Origin: Gemmatimonadota bacterium
Lineage (GTDB): Bacteria > Gemmatimonadota > Gemmatimonadetes > Gemmatimonadales > Gemmatimonadaceae
Direction: 5' to 3'
DNA: 64,000 bases
NCBI GenBank assembly: GCA_040389905.1
Contig: JAZJZK010000030.1
Coordinates: forward strand, 1-64,000
Part shown: in pieces, positions 39,532 to 48,250 of the stretch
How the letters are laid out: each line of letters opens with the position of its first letter
How positions within the stretch are numbered: the stretch's first letter is position 1
Notes under the pieces: generated by a model
What the model was told of the DNA's origin: nothing
Databases searched by the model: none
Seen by the model: only the letters and a program-made list of their open reading frames with translations
Position numbers and translations under genes: made by a program

Positions 39532-40404
39532 ATTCGCGTCGTCCCGATAGCCCGCCAGCTCGCGGTTGCAGTTGTTGCCGCGGCCACCGTCGTGTTCACC
39601 GCGTCGCAGGTGCACCCCGTTTTTCTCGGGCAAGCGCCCGTGGCAGGTCGGGTGCTCGCGGCCGCGTACCTGGAGTCGTCCGCCGTGCGTGCGCCATGGC
39701 TCAGCCTCCCAGAGGCGCTGGCCCTTCGACACCCGCAATTCCAGCGAGATGTCAACGCCTTCGCGTCGGATCTCCGGCGCACGGGGCGTATCGACCCCGA
39801 CCGAGCTGATTCCATCGCCCAGGTGGCGGTGCGGGAAGCGTACCACCGTCGCGTCCCGCCGGCGCTTGTGCTCGGCGTGATGCTCACCGAGAACGACGCA
39901 TTCAAGTCGAAGGCACGCTCGAACGTCGGGGCGCTTGGACTCATGCAGATCATGCCACGACTGTGGGCTCCGAACCTCGGACCGATCCTTGGCCGGAATC
40001 TTCGCGACGATGAGACGAACGTAAGGTACGGCGTCTATATCCTGAAGCATTTCGCGAAGCGCACCGCCGATACACTCGATGCCGACGACCTGACACGCGA
40101 CGCGTTGCTCAGTTACAACGGGTGCGTGCGCGGATCGAATACGCCGGACTGCAAGGCGTACCCGAAGAAGGTCCAGCGCCACGTGGAGCGAAGCGCGCTC
40201 GCCTCGTGTGATGGCAGGCCGTTCCTGGATTGTGTGGCACTCCCACTGTGGGCAGCTGTTCGGGATACCACGCCACCGCCGATGCCCTCGGCGGCGATTG
40301 CGAGCGCGTTGCCCGTGGTGTCGACAGACCGCGAGCGCGCGACCGGACGCGCCGCGCCATTCGCCGGGCGACTAGGACACTGGCTGACTGTACGCGGCAA
40401 CTAA
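39532..40404 (+). CDS. Lytic transglycosylase (SLT domain)
   Basis: LVLGVMLTEN, SNVGALGLMQIMP, ALLSYNG. Probable ATT start at 39532 (ORF track gives GTG 39592). Confidence 0.88.
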   Translation: MRVVPIARQLAVAVVAAATVVFTASQVHPVFLGQAPVAGRVLAAAYLESSAVRAPWLSLPEALALRHPQFQRDVNAFASDLRRTGRIDPDRADSIAQVAVREAYHRRVPPALVLGVMLTENDAFKSKARSNVGALGLMQIMPRLWAPNLGPILGRNLRDDETNVRYGVYILKHFAKRTADTLDADDLTRDALLSYNGCVRGSNTPDCKAYPKKVQRHVERSALASCDGRPFLDCVALPLWAAVRDTTPPPMPSAAIASALPVVSTDRERATGRAAPFAGRLGHWLTVRGN

Positions 40405-40464
40405 GCGATCCCCCAGACGGCTAAAGCGCGGCAGTTTCCGTCAAGCGAGCGTCAGCGAGCGGCT

Positions 40465-41265
40465 TCACTTGATCGGCTCCACTCTCGTCTGAACGGTTTG
40501 CTTCACGCCCATCTGCATGTTCTGCGGCATCATCGTGACCTTCGTGGTCACGTCATCCGTCGACGTTCCGCCGAGGTAGCTGCCGCGCGCCGTGACGAAG
40601 AAGGTGCCTGTTCCAGAGCTCACCAGATCGACGTTGAGCGAGTTGGCTTGCATGTTTCCGCCACCCGACGCGCTCGAGGTGGTGGTGCGCCGAATGCGAA
40701 AGGCCTTCTGTCCAGCAACGACGGTATCCCCGGTCACCTTGTAACTTGATACGGTCGTGCGGTCCATCTGCATGCCCTGCATTGTCACCTTGCCCGTCGT
40801 GGTATCGGACCATGACGCCCCGTTGGCGAGGTTCGAGCGGACTGATGGGACCAACCGCACGACGCCGTCGGTGAATTGCTCCATCATCGGATCCATTCTC
40901 GTGCCACTCCGAGAGGAATAGAACCTCCCCGTGGGGGACATCAACGTCGTGAATTTCGCGCCATTGAGCTCGCTCATGTCCGAAGGCACGCCGGTGGTCA
41001 TTTGCACGGCGATCGAGTCGAGCACCATGTTCGCCGTCACTGTGTCACGCGTGCGCTTGTTCAGGTCGACGGTGACGAACTGTCGCATCTCCACGTCGAA
41101 ATCGGCGTTCCCGAAGGGGCTGGTCTGCGTGGCCTTCGTGTTCATCGTGATCTTGTAGCGCGATGTGCCCATCGCGTACTCGAAGCCCTGTGCCCGTAGG
41201 GACGTTCCGCTGAGGAGCATCCCCACCGCAAGAGGAAGTGGCGCGAGAATCCGCAAAGACGGCAT
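40465..41265 (-). CDS. Secreted hypothetical protein
   Basis: Signal peptide MPSLRILAPLPLAVGMLL...LRAQ; Thr/Met-rich beta content. Confidence 0.7.
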   Translation of the reverse strand: MPSLRILAPLPLAVGMLLSGTSLRAQGFEYAMGTSRYKITMNTKATQTSPFGNADFDVEMRQFVTVDLNKRTRDTVTANMVLDSIAVQMTTGVPSDMSELNGAKFTTLMSPTGRFYSSRSGTRMDPMMEQFTDGVVRLVPSVRSNLANGASWSDTTTGKVTMQGMQMDRTTVSSYKVTGDTVVAGQKAFRIRRTTTSSASGGGNMQANSLNVDLVSSGTGTFFVTARGSYLGGTSTDDVTTKVTMMPQNMQMGVKQTVQTRVEPIK

Positions 41266-41415
41266 GTGTACCTGGCTCCAGTTGGGGGACGACTCAGCAG
41301 ATTCGCCGGCGTTCATCTTCATACGCGCTATCGCGCTGAATGTTACCGAGTTGCAAGCTGGCATGAGGCCACTCGTCGAGTAGGTTGCACTGCCTCCACC
41401 CTCCCACAATACGAC

Positions 41416-41958
41416 ATGACAGACGCGACCGCCGCGCAACCGTTCCCCAGTGACGAAGTACTGATCGAACGACTTCATGACGACGTCGTCATTCCGCGCC
41501 GCGCGACAGCGGGGTCGGCAGGGCAGGATCTCCACGCCTATTTGCGAGGCCGATCGGTTCGCACGTCAGATGGCACGCAACAGTCCGACGTGCCGGCGTC
41601 CGAGCTGGATGGGAGTTGGGGAGTGACCCTCCAGCCGCGAGAGATGGCCCTCATCCCCCTTGGATTTCGCACGCGTATGCCACACGGAATCGAAGCGCAA
41701 ATCCGGCCGCGCAGTGGTCAAGCATTCAAGAACGCGCTGACCGTTCCGAACGCGCCCGGGACCATCGACGCCGACTATGCGGAGGAGTGGATGGTGATTG
41801 TACGAAACGATGCTCCGGTTGCGCGGCGGATCATCCACGGGGAACGGATCGCGCAGGTGGTCTTCGCGCGTTATGCGATGCCGGCGTTCGTTGACGGCTC
41901 CGTTTCCCGCACGACCGAAAGGGAAGGGGGTTTTGGAAGCACAGGGACGGGACGCTGA
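41416..41958 (+). CDS. dut: dUTP diphosphatase
   Basis: SAGQDL, QIRPRSG, NAPGTIDADY, GERIAQ, REGGFGSTG. Confidence 0.95.
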   Translation: MTDATAAQPFPSDEVLIERLHDDVVIPRRATAGSAGQDLHAYLRGRSVRTSDGTQQSDVPASELDGSWGVTLQPREMALIPLGFRTRMPHGIEAQIRPRSGQAFKNALTVPNAPGTIDADYAEEWMVIVRNDAPVARRIIHGERIAQVVFARYAMPAFVDGSVSRTTEREGGFGSTGTGR

Positions 41959-41963
41959 AACAA

Positions 41964-41997
41964 AGAGCGGCAGAGCCCGCGAAGGCTCTGCCGCTCT
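41964..41997. terminator. Intrinsic terminator hairpin, probably bidirectional
   Basis: Perfect 14-bp stem AGAGCGGCAGAGCC / GGCTCTGCCGCTCT just after dut; T-rich tail on the minus strand. Confidence 0.85.
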
Positions 41998-41999
41998 CT

Positions 42000-42138
42000 A
42001 TCGTCAACGTGGTCCCAGCCCTGTTACCTGGTGCTCACGAAAACGAAACCGGACCGCAAGACCGCCGATCCGCGTAAACCGTTGAAAGTTAACGGGTTAC
42101 GGTGATCTTGCTGGTCCGAGGCTGACTAGACAATTGAT
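42000..42138 (-). ncRNA. Displaced 3' half of a putative structured small RNA (integration target)
   Basis: Nested inverted repeats CGGACC/GGTCCG, GCAAGA/TCTTGC and CGTAAACCGTT/AACGGGTTACG; ends at the terminator; homologous to 48285-48350. Confidence 0.5.
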
Positions 42139-42329
42139 GAAGTTCAAACTCATTCCATAATCATTACAAGAGGGAATAAGAGGGTTTAATATGATATGAT
42201 TTTGGTTCTAAACCATTGTCAAACAATAACTTATTGCAATTCGAAGTAAACATTTTGTTGGGATACGGCAAGCTCTAGGAACATTCTGAGGGATTCATGT
42301 ACAGCAGATCGTACACGACAAAGTGTAAC

Positions 42330-42358
42330 TTGACAAATGTACATAAATGCTATATATT
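42330..42358 (+). promoter_or_regulatory. Sigma70 promoter of the integrase (probably leaderless)
   Basis: TTGACA (42330-42335), 17-nt spacer, TATATT (42353-42358); ATG at 42365 falls at the expected start site; no SD. Confidence 0.7.
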
Positions 42359-42364
42359 TAGCAC

Positions 42365-43561
42365 ATGCCAAGAAAGAAGACACGTCACCACCGACCGAAG
42401 AACGGGGCAACGTTTTATGTAAACCGTCGATTTCCGCAATACGGCGTTCCACGGCTGTGCCGGTCAAGCGGCACAAACGACGAAAAGGTGTTTGACGACA
42501 TCCAACGCCTGCTCGACCAACTCGGACAATTGGGAAGTCCGGAGGCAGCAAAGATCATCCAAGGGATTCACAAGAAGCGACTTACCTTCGTCGATGCCCT
42601 TGGCGCGCACCAAGGTGAAGGCCGTCAGGGCATTATCAGGCTCGCTGAAGATGATGCTCCCATTGACGAGCGGTCCTTCCAAGCTTGGCTGGCAGTGCAC
42701 GACGTAACCCAAAGCACTCGAACTTCATACAGGAACGCCTTCAAAGCGCTGGAAAAATTCGTGAAATCCGGCGACACGATGAAATCGCTTCCCGCCGTGC
42801 TCGGGCGGTATCGGGATGACTGTGTGAAGCTCGGGAGGAACCGTAGGGCCTTCGACATCGCGCTCGCTGTCGCGCAGGCATGGGTCAAAAAAACAATCGG
42901 CCCGGCCTCAATGCCCTACCGCGACGTGCGGCTCGTCCAGCGGTTCAACGACAAGCCCGATGCCCGAAAGAGCAAGTACTTCAGCCCCCGTGACATCATG
43001 AATATTGCGCAGAGGCTCCCGGCACCGCTGGATGACGTCCTCTTCGCGACCGCATCTTATGGAACCAATCCGAAAGAGTATTTCAGCGACGGGTTCACGG
43101 TGACACCGGATGGCGTTGAAATTCATGGAGAGAAATCCAAGCACCGGAAGCGCATAGTTCCGCTCCTTCGAAATTTTCCGCCCGTAATACCGCCAGCATG
43201 GATCAATTATCGAAGATGGTGGCGGTATGTGACAATGGCATCAAATGGAGAGATGCTTCCTGACGATGCAAGGAAGTCATTTGCGCGCTGGATGTCAGAG
43301 GCGGGTATCCCCTTCAACCGCGCCGAACAATATCAAGGTCACGCTGAAACCACGCAGACGGCGACGTATTTCTATCACGTTGCGACGGCGGGACAATTGA
43401 GAACAGATGGGCTGCTCCTCAACGATTGGATCAAAAAGAACCTTGAGCAGGAGCCCCCGAATCCAGCTGGGCGAGTCATAGCAATTCGCCCGCGCGACGC
43501 AAAATACGAAAAGGGGATGCTGGTCCGGCCGCCGAAGCGAGCGTTGTGGCGGGAGGAATAG
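42365..43561 (+). CDS. Tyrosine recombinase/integrase, divergent catalytic motifs
   Basis: STRTSYRNAF core-binding helix; YGTNPKEY (box I), GEKSKHRKRIVPL, PDDARKSFARW (box II), QGHA, TATY; adjacent to the att repeat. Confidence 0.8.
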   Translation: MPRKKTRHHRPKNGATFYVNRRFPQYGVPRLCRSSGTNDEKVFDDIQRLLDQLGQLGSPEAAKIIQGIHKKRLTFVDALGAHQGEGRQGIIRLAEDDAPIDERSFQAWLAVHDVTQSTRTSYRNAFKALEKFVKSGDTMKSLPAVLGRYRDDCVKLGRNRRAFDIALAVAQAWVKKTIGPASMPYRDVRLVQRFNDKPDARKSKYFSPRDIMNIAQRLPAPLDDVLFATASYGTNPKEYFSDGFTVTPDGVEIHGEKSKHRKRIVPLLRNFPPVIPPAWINYRRWWRYVTMASNGEMLPDDARKSFARWMSEAGIPFNRAEQYQGHAETTQTATYFYHVATAGQLRTDGLLLNDWIKKNLEQEPPNPAGRVIAIRPRDAKYEKGMLVRPPKRALWREE

Positions 43562-43621
43562 GTGAAAGCCGAGCAACCCCTTTCATCATTAATTCCACCT
43601 GAACTGTAGAGGCGACCACAA

Positions 43622-44098
43622 GTGCCGGAATTAAGTGTTTATCGCGGCGCAGTGTACTGGATGATTTCTGATTATGGATATCAAACCTTGAACGAACCGG
43701 GCGACGCGGATAATGATATTCGCTTTCAATGCACCGCTAAGTCAGGGCGCTCCTATCGATCCCAATTTCTGCTATATCCAATCCAGCGCATTGCTAGAGT
43801 TGTCATTCATTTTGACCTGAGATATCACCCGAACCGAAGACTGTTCTTTGCGGAGGTAGTGCACCGTCTCAATGATTCCGTCGCTGTGCTCGGACATTTT
43901 GAATTTCACTGGGATTCCGGTCAGACGAGTTTCGTCTTTGGTGCCGAGGTGACGGACCCTGATCCCGAAACATTTGCGACGATGATGAATCGCTGTGCTT
44001 ACGCCATTGAGGTATGGGAGGCGGCGTCAGGATTCTTTAGCGGCAGACTCGGTGCGGACGGTGTCGTGTCCGTCGCTCAGATGTTGACAGAAGTCTAA
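43622..44098 (+). CDS. Hypothetical protein, possible YbjN/T3SS-chaperone-like fold
   Basis: 158-aa ORF; EVVHRLND...GHFEFHWDSGQTSF resembles the YbjN pattern. Confidence 0.5.
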   Translation: MPELSVYRGAVYWMISDYGYQTLNEPGDADNDIRFQCTAKSGRSYRSQFLLYPIQRIARVVIHFDLRYHPNRRLFFAEVVHRLNDSVAVLGHFEFHWDSGQTSFVFGAEVTDPDPETFATMMNRCAYAIEVWEAASGFFSGRLGADGVVSVAQMLTEV

Positions 44099-44189
44099 TG
44101 GGAATATCATATCATTTTGTTGCCGGAATCCCGAAAGCAGAAGGGATATTTTGGCGGTCGTATGCTTGGTCGGAATGCTGAATGATCCT

Positions 44190-44429
44190 TCAGAGTTCCG
44201 GCAGGAAATACGCTATCGGTTTTCGGTACGCCACGGCCAAATCGCAAAGTTCCACAGGGTCAATTCGAATTTCTCCCTGTTCGATCTTCGAAATGCGGCC
44301 TTGTGTAGTTCCGAGCCGTCCCGCGACCTGTACCTGAGTCAACCCAGCAGCCAAGCGGGCTTCACGGAGTTTGCGGAGCATCTCCCGGTATCGCGGATCG
44401 TGAATTGACCGGGGTTTTCGAGCGGGCAC
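44190..44429 (-). CDS. XRE-family HTH transcriptional regulator
   Basis: LREARLAAGLTQVQVAGRLGTTQGRISKIEQGE. Confidence 0.9.
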   Translation of the reverse strand: MPARKPRSIHDPRYREMLRKLREARLAAGLTQVQVAGRLGTTQGRISKIEQGEIRIDPVELCDLAVAYRKPIAYFLPEL

Positions 44430-44543
44430 GGGCGGGTCGGTGAAGGACCCGCTGAAGATTTATTCCGTTTGCGAATACTCCGAATAAGAATAATATTGCG
44501 GGCCGCTCGTGGTTCACTCCGCACCCCTCCAACACTCCACACA

Positions 44544-44816
44544 ATGCCACGCACCATCATCGCACTCGCCTTCACGATGGCAGCCTGTGCGAATTCATCT
44601 CGCCGAGAAGTTCAAGTTGACCAAATCACGGCGGCCTGCGAAACGAGGGAGCAGCTCAAGGCGTATCAAGGGTTCCACCGCATCAATGATGGCTGCGACT
44701 TCCTTGGGCTGAGTAGCGGCACAGTCACCGGGAAGCTTGCGGACCAAGGCGACACCTGGGCGAAGGTTGAGATAGGTGGTCGGACTGTCTACGTAAGCCG
44801 AAGCGCAATTCACTAA
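44544..44816 (+). CDS. Small lipoprotein with an SH3-like C-terminus
   Basis: [15 protein letters not shown] lipobox; [17 protein letters not shown]. Confidence 0.6.
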   Translation: MPRTIIALAFTMAACANSSRREVQVDQITAACETREQLKAYQGFHRINDGCDFLGLSSGTVTGKLADQGDTWAKVEIGGRTVYVSRSAIH

Positions 44817-45550
44817 CCCACAACCGGCAAGTTCTCATGAAGAAATGCCCATGGTGTGCGGAGGAAATACAAGATGCAGCAATCCTGTGTCGATATTGTG
44901 GGCAAAGTACACTTCCGCAGAATATGCCGCCGAGTCCCGCGACCACGGCAAGTACAACAACGGCTTCCGATCACCAACCTGCCCCGGAGTACCCAGCAGA
45001 TCCAGATAGCGTGAAACGCCGGCTGGGAGAGTTCGGTGGATCAATCGCAGGGGAATGCCGTGCATGCACGTACAAGGGTCAGATCGGAGTGGACACTACG
45101 AACATCGGACCCTTCGCCGGATTGGGCCTTCCTGTGTTTTTCTTTGCGTGGACGTCTCTTGGACTTTTCATGTCGCTATTCCTTGGAGCGTTGACATCCA
45201 TCGTCATGATTCTGGTCAAAGGCACCAAGGTTGTAACGTGCCCTCAGTGTGATCGCGCCAGCACTGTCGCAGTACATGTTTCGCACTATGCTATTCCAAT
45301 AGACGCGTTAGCCCGTACGCCAAGTGCCAGATCATAGCTGGTCAGGGGCATTGTTGAACCAACCGATTGCCGGGAACCTTGCGGACCAAGGCGACACTTG
45401 GGCGAAGGTTGAAATAGGTGGACGGACCGTGTACGTAAGCCGAAGCGCAATTCACTAACCCACGACCGGCAAGTTCTCATGAAGAAATGCCCGTGGTGTG
45501 CGGAGGAAATACAAGATGCAGCAATCCTGTGTCGATATTGTGGGCAAAGT
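44728..45550 (+). repeat. 181-bp direct duplication (44728-44908 and 45370-45550)
   Basis: Ungapped near-identical copies 642 bp apart, covering the lipoprotein 3' end, the spacer and the first 24 codons of the zinc-ribbon genes. Confidence 0.92.
44837..45337 (+). CDS. Zinc-ribbon (UPF0547-like) membrane protein, copy A
   Basis: [23 protein letters not shown]-terminal CRAC-hydrophobic hairpin-CPQC. Confidence 0.8.
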   Translation: MKKCPWCAEEIQDAAILCRYCGQSTLPQNMPPSPATTASTTTASDHQPAPEYPADPDSVKRRLGEFGGSIAGECRACTYKGQIGVDTTNIGPFAGLGLPVFFFAWTSLGLFMSLFLGALTSIVMILVKGTKVVTCPQCDRASTVAVHVSHYAIPIDALARTPSARS

Positions 45551-45895
45551 TCCCGACCGCAAGACATGCCATCCACGCATCCCTCGGTAGCGGCAGGGAT
45601 GGCCACGGGCATACGCGATGCCACAGGCAAACTGAATTGGAACAAAGTAGCAGAGCAAATGACACGGTGTATCCATTGCCAGTCAATGGACACTGGGGTC
45701 AAGTACACCCTCTGGCATTGGCTCGTCGGAATCGGCTGGTTCCCGATCGGAACCGTATTCGCCATGTTGTTTCCAGCACGGCGCTGCAATGAATGCGGGA
45801 AGTGTTTCGGTCCAGCATACGAAGGAATGAAGACAGTGGTCACCCTTTCGCTGATTTGCCTATCCTTGCTCGCCATCTTCATATTCGTCATTTGA
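45479..45895 (+). CDS. Zinc-ribbon (UPF0547-like) membrane protein, copy B
   Basis: Identical N-terminus; different C-terminus CIHC-hydrophobic-CNEC plus a terminal TM. Confidence 0.8.
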   Translation: MKKCPWCAEEIQDAAILCRYCGQSSRPQDMPSTHPSVAAGMATGIRDATGKLNWNKVAEQMTRCIHCQSMDTGVKYTLWHWLVGIGWFPIGTVFAMLFPARRCNECGKCFGPAYEGMKTVVTLSLICLSLLAIFIFVI

Positions 45896-46086
45896 TGATA
45901 TGAAGCGAGGCCCCAAGGCAGACGGTCTTTTTCTTAGTGGCCAAAGACGCTGGAGAAAGCCTCATGGTGCGCGCCGGATAAAACAATATCGGAGCCATAT
46001 TGTTATGCTGGACGCCTTCCGCCAACCACCGACAAATCCCGGCATCGCTCCTATTTATGGATTGACCCATAAATTGGAGAATTATC

Positions 46087-46305
46087 ATGCAGGATCAATT
46101 ACTTACGACAGCAGAAGTGTGCGAAATATTCCGTTGCAGCGAGCGTAGTGTTAACAGGATGGTGGCGGATGGAATTCTGAACCCTCTGCGTTTGCGGGGG
46201 CTGGTTCGTTTTCGGCAGTCGGAACTCGATGAATTGATTGAGGCGCTTGACTTGAACCCGGATGAATGTCAGTGCGATGGCCAGTGTGAATGCGTGAAAG
46301 AGTAG
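46087..46305 (+). CDS. Excisionase-like MerR/AlpA-type HTH protein
   Basis: LLTTAEVCEIFRCSERSVNRMVADGILNPLRLRGLVRFRQSELDELI; GGAG SD. Confidence 0.85.
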   Translation: MQDQLLTTAEVCEIFRCSERSVNRMVADGILNPLRLRGLVRFRQSELDELIEALDLNPDECQCDGQCECVKE

Positions 46306-46387
46306 TGCAGGTCACAGGCCCTTGATCCAACTAAAAACGTTCAACCGCTGTCTGCCACGTCGGTCTCTCATGCAGGTACAAAAGTGA

Positions 46388-46427
46388 AAAGCTCCCCATC
46401 CGGCTTTGCTGCCGGGGGGAGCCTTTT
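46388..46427. terminator. Possible bidirectional terminator between xis and the polymerase gene
   Basis: AAAAGCTCCCC...GGGGAGCCTTTT hairpin with A/T tails. Confidence 0.55.
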
Positions 46428-46503
46428 GTATCACAAATAGCTTACCTGAACACTATAAAGGGTAACGGAAGAAGTTATGATATTGTTGGGCGCCCTTTCC
46501 ACT

Positions 46504-47928
46504 TCATAGCTGTTCCCCCTTCAACCTCAATCCAATATCAAAGGCAAATGCCTGAATGGATGATTTACTGAGTGAGTGTTCAAGAAACGCTATATCAAAC
46601 GGTTCTTTCGAGATCCATCCGTCATGCATTGGTACAAGAATATCTGAACGGTTGGCACAGCATATGTTCAACGCCCAAGCTTCGTATCCCAGCATGATGA
46701 AGGACAAGAGTCTCTTGCGGGGGTAATTCTTGCCGTCTGATTTCCGCAGGGGGTGAATCTTTCCGGCAGCGTTCCTGACATGGGTGAATCTCCTTCCCGT
46801 TCGAACCCTGTGGGCATTTATGAGTGTTTTCCTTGCTGACCGAATTTCGAGTTGAATCATGTGATAATACGGGTCGGCTAGGATGCGCTCGGCTCCCAAT
46901 TGTCCGGCAATGTCTACAAGCGTGGAGTATTTTCGATGTGAGGAACGACGGACTCCAAAGAAGGCTGCCAAGATTACTATTTTCACCTTGTCCTTCGAAA
47001 TCATCCATCTCCCGGAAAGCTCCTGCTGTCTTTCGGACAAGTGTGTGAGATAGTCACGAATGACGCACACGGGCCTGCCATAGTGTTTCCCAAGGCTGAA
47101 GAACAGTGATGGATGACATGCGTTGAAGTCATAGTTCCACCAGCCAGTATCTTTATACAGTTTCGCTCGTGCGCCCCGCTCCATGCGTTGAAGGGAACAT
47201 TCCCCGAGTCCCATGAGCCGCCCGGGGCCAGTGTGCGGCTCGCTCTCGGGTTTGAAGTCATGGTATAGGTTCGGGACGCCCCCCGCGACGCGAATCCATT
47301 GGCGGACCTTGTACAGCGAACGCAGCCCTTCCACGGACTGGTTCGACGCTCGCGATGCCTTCGCTGCGATTTCTGCCTCAAAATCAGCAATCAGCGTGTC
47401 CACCCGCTGCGTGTCAAACGGAATCACGGATGGAACACTGAATTGAAAAAATGATGTCCGGAGAATGCCATCAGCGGGGAAGTGCTGTGCGCCCGATTCC
47501 CACGCAATGCTAGCGGTCTTGTCCCGCCAACAATCTGTAAGGAGTATCTCGACAGGGCGGCACAGAAAATATGCTTTTGTATATCGCCCCTCCTCGTACC
47601 CGTCGTCCCCATCCGGGAAATGCCACAGATTCCGGAGATACTTCTTGTAGTCTGACTCGCTGCCCCCAAGATGTTTCCTCAACCTGCGTTCGATGAAGCT
47701 CGACCCACGGGCGATTTGCGGTCCAATATGGTGTGCTGCCAAAGCGGATGGGATTGGGTGCGTGTGCGGGCGGGAGAGGAAGTACGACATGTTCAGATAC
47801 TTCACGAGATGTCGCACTTTCCGATCTATTTCCCGCTGTCGCTTCATCTGGGCGCGTACGTGGGCCTCCACGAAAGCGTCAAGCTCGGGGAGTCGCAGTC
47901 GTGGTGCTGCTTCGAGAACAGTGGACAT
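46504..47928 (-). CDS. Stand-alone family-A/T7-like (TV-Pol-like) nucleotidyl polymerase
   Basis: GRL...SLQRM...R pre-motif, motif A YDFNACHP, motif B KDKVKIVILAAFFG, LLSFIMLGYEA, motif C VPMHDGWI; no exonuclease or helicase domain seen. Confidence 0.75.
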   Translation of the reverse strand: MSTVLEAAPRLRLPELDAFVEAHVRAQMKRQREIDRKVRHLVKYLNMSYFLSRPHTHPIPSALAAHHIGPQIARGSSFIERRLRKHLGGSESDYKKYLRNLWHFPDGDDGYEEGRYTKAYFLCRPVEILLTDCWRDKTASIAWESGAQHFPADGILRTSFFQFSVPSVIPFDTQRVDTLIADFEAEIAAKASRASNQSVEGLRSLYKVRQWIRVAGGVPNLYHDFKPESEPHTGPGRLMGLGECSLQRMERGARAKLYKDTGWWNYDFNACHPSLFFSLGKHYGRPVCVIRDYLTHLSERQQELSGRWMISKDKVKIVILAAFFGVRRSSHRKYSTLVDIAGQLGAERILADPYYHMIQLEIRSARKTLINAHRVRTGRRFTHVRNAAGKIHPLRKSDGKNYPRKRLLSFIMLGYEAWALNICCANRSDILVPMHDGWISKEPFDIAFLEHSLSKSSIQAFAFDIGLRLKGEQL

Positions 47929-47958
47929 AAAAAAACCTCATACGGTTAGGGTATGAGG
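47929..47958 (-). terminator. Terminator/attenuator hairpin directly before the polymerase start codon
   Basis: Minus strand reads CCTCATAC-CCTAACC-GTATGAGG-TTTTTTT-ATG; the GAGG SD lies inside the stem. Confidence 0.7.
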
Positions 47959-48250
47959 AGCCGTCGTACTGAATGTGCTTCGCTGATAGGGGTTACTCCC
48001 GATCGTTCCAGCCGCTCGCTACGTCGCCTCCAACATGGTTACCATTGCACAAAGCATCATTCGGGCAAAATCGTCAAGGGGTCTTCAATCCCGCCAATTC
48101 AAAACATGATTTTGAGCTTGAAGGGACGGATGCACCCCGACGAGCGGGAACTATCAATACTAGAAACGACGAGAGCGACAGCAGGCCCGATGCCAACTGT
48201 CGCTCTCTGTCATTGTGACGGTTTCCGGCCCTGTGCACAGGAATCCGTAC

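Noticed and set aside
37720..40182. 820-aa minus-strand ORF
   Set aside because: Arg-rich shadow frame overlapping three well-supported genes and a repeat; typical of high-GC DNA.
42000..42140. tRNA or tmRNA as the integration target
   Set aside because: No TTCGA T-loop, cloverleaf or CCA end is found on either side of the att core.
46504..47928. Reverse transcriptase (retron/DGR) interpretation of the polymerase and the 181-bp duplication
   Set aside because: No YxDD motif; motifs are family-A-like. Differences between the duplicated copies are not adenine-specific and the repeat covers gene starts, not C-terminal variable regions.
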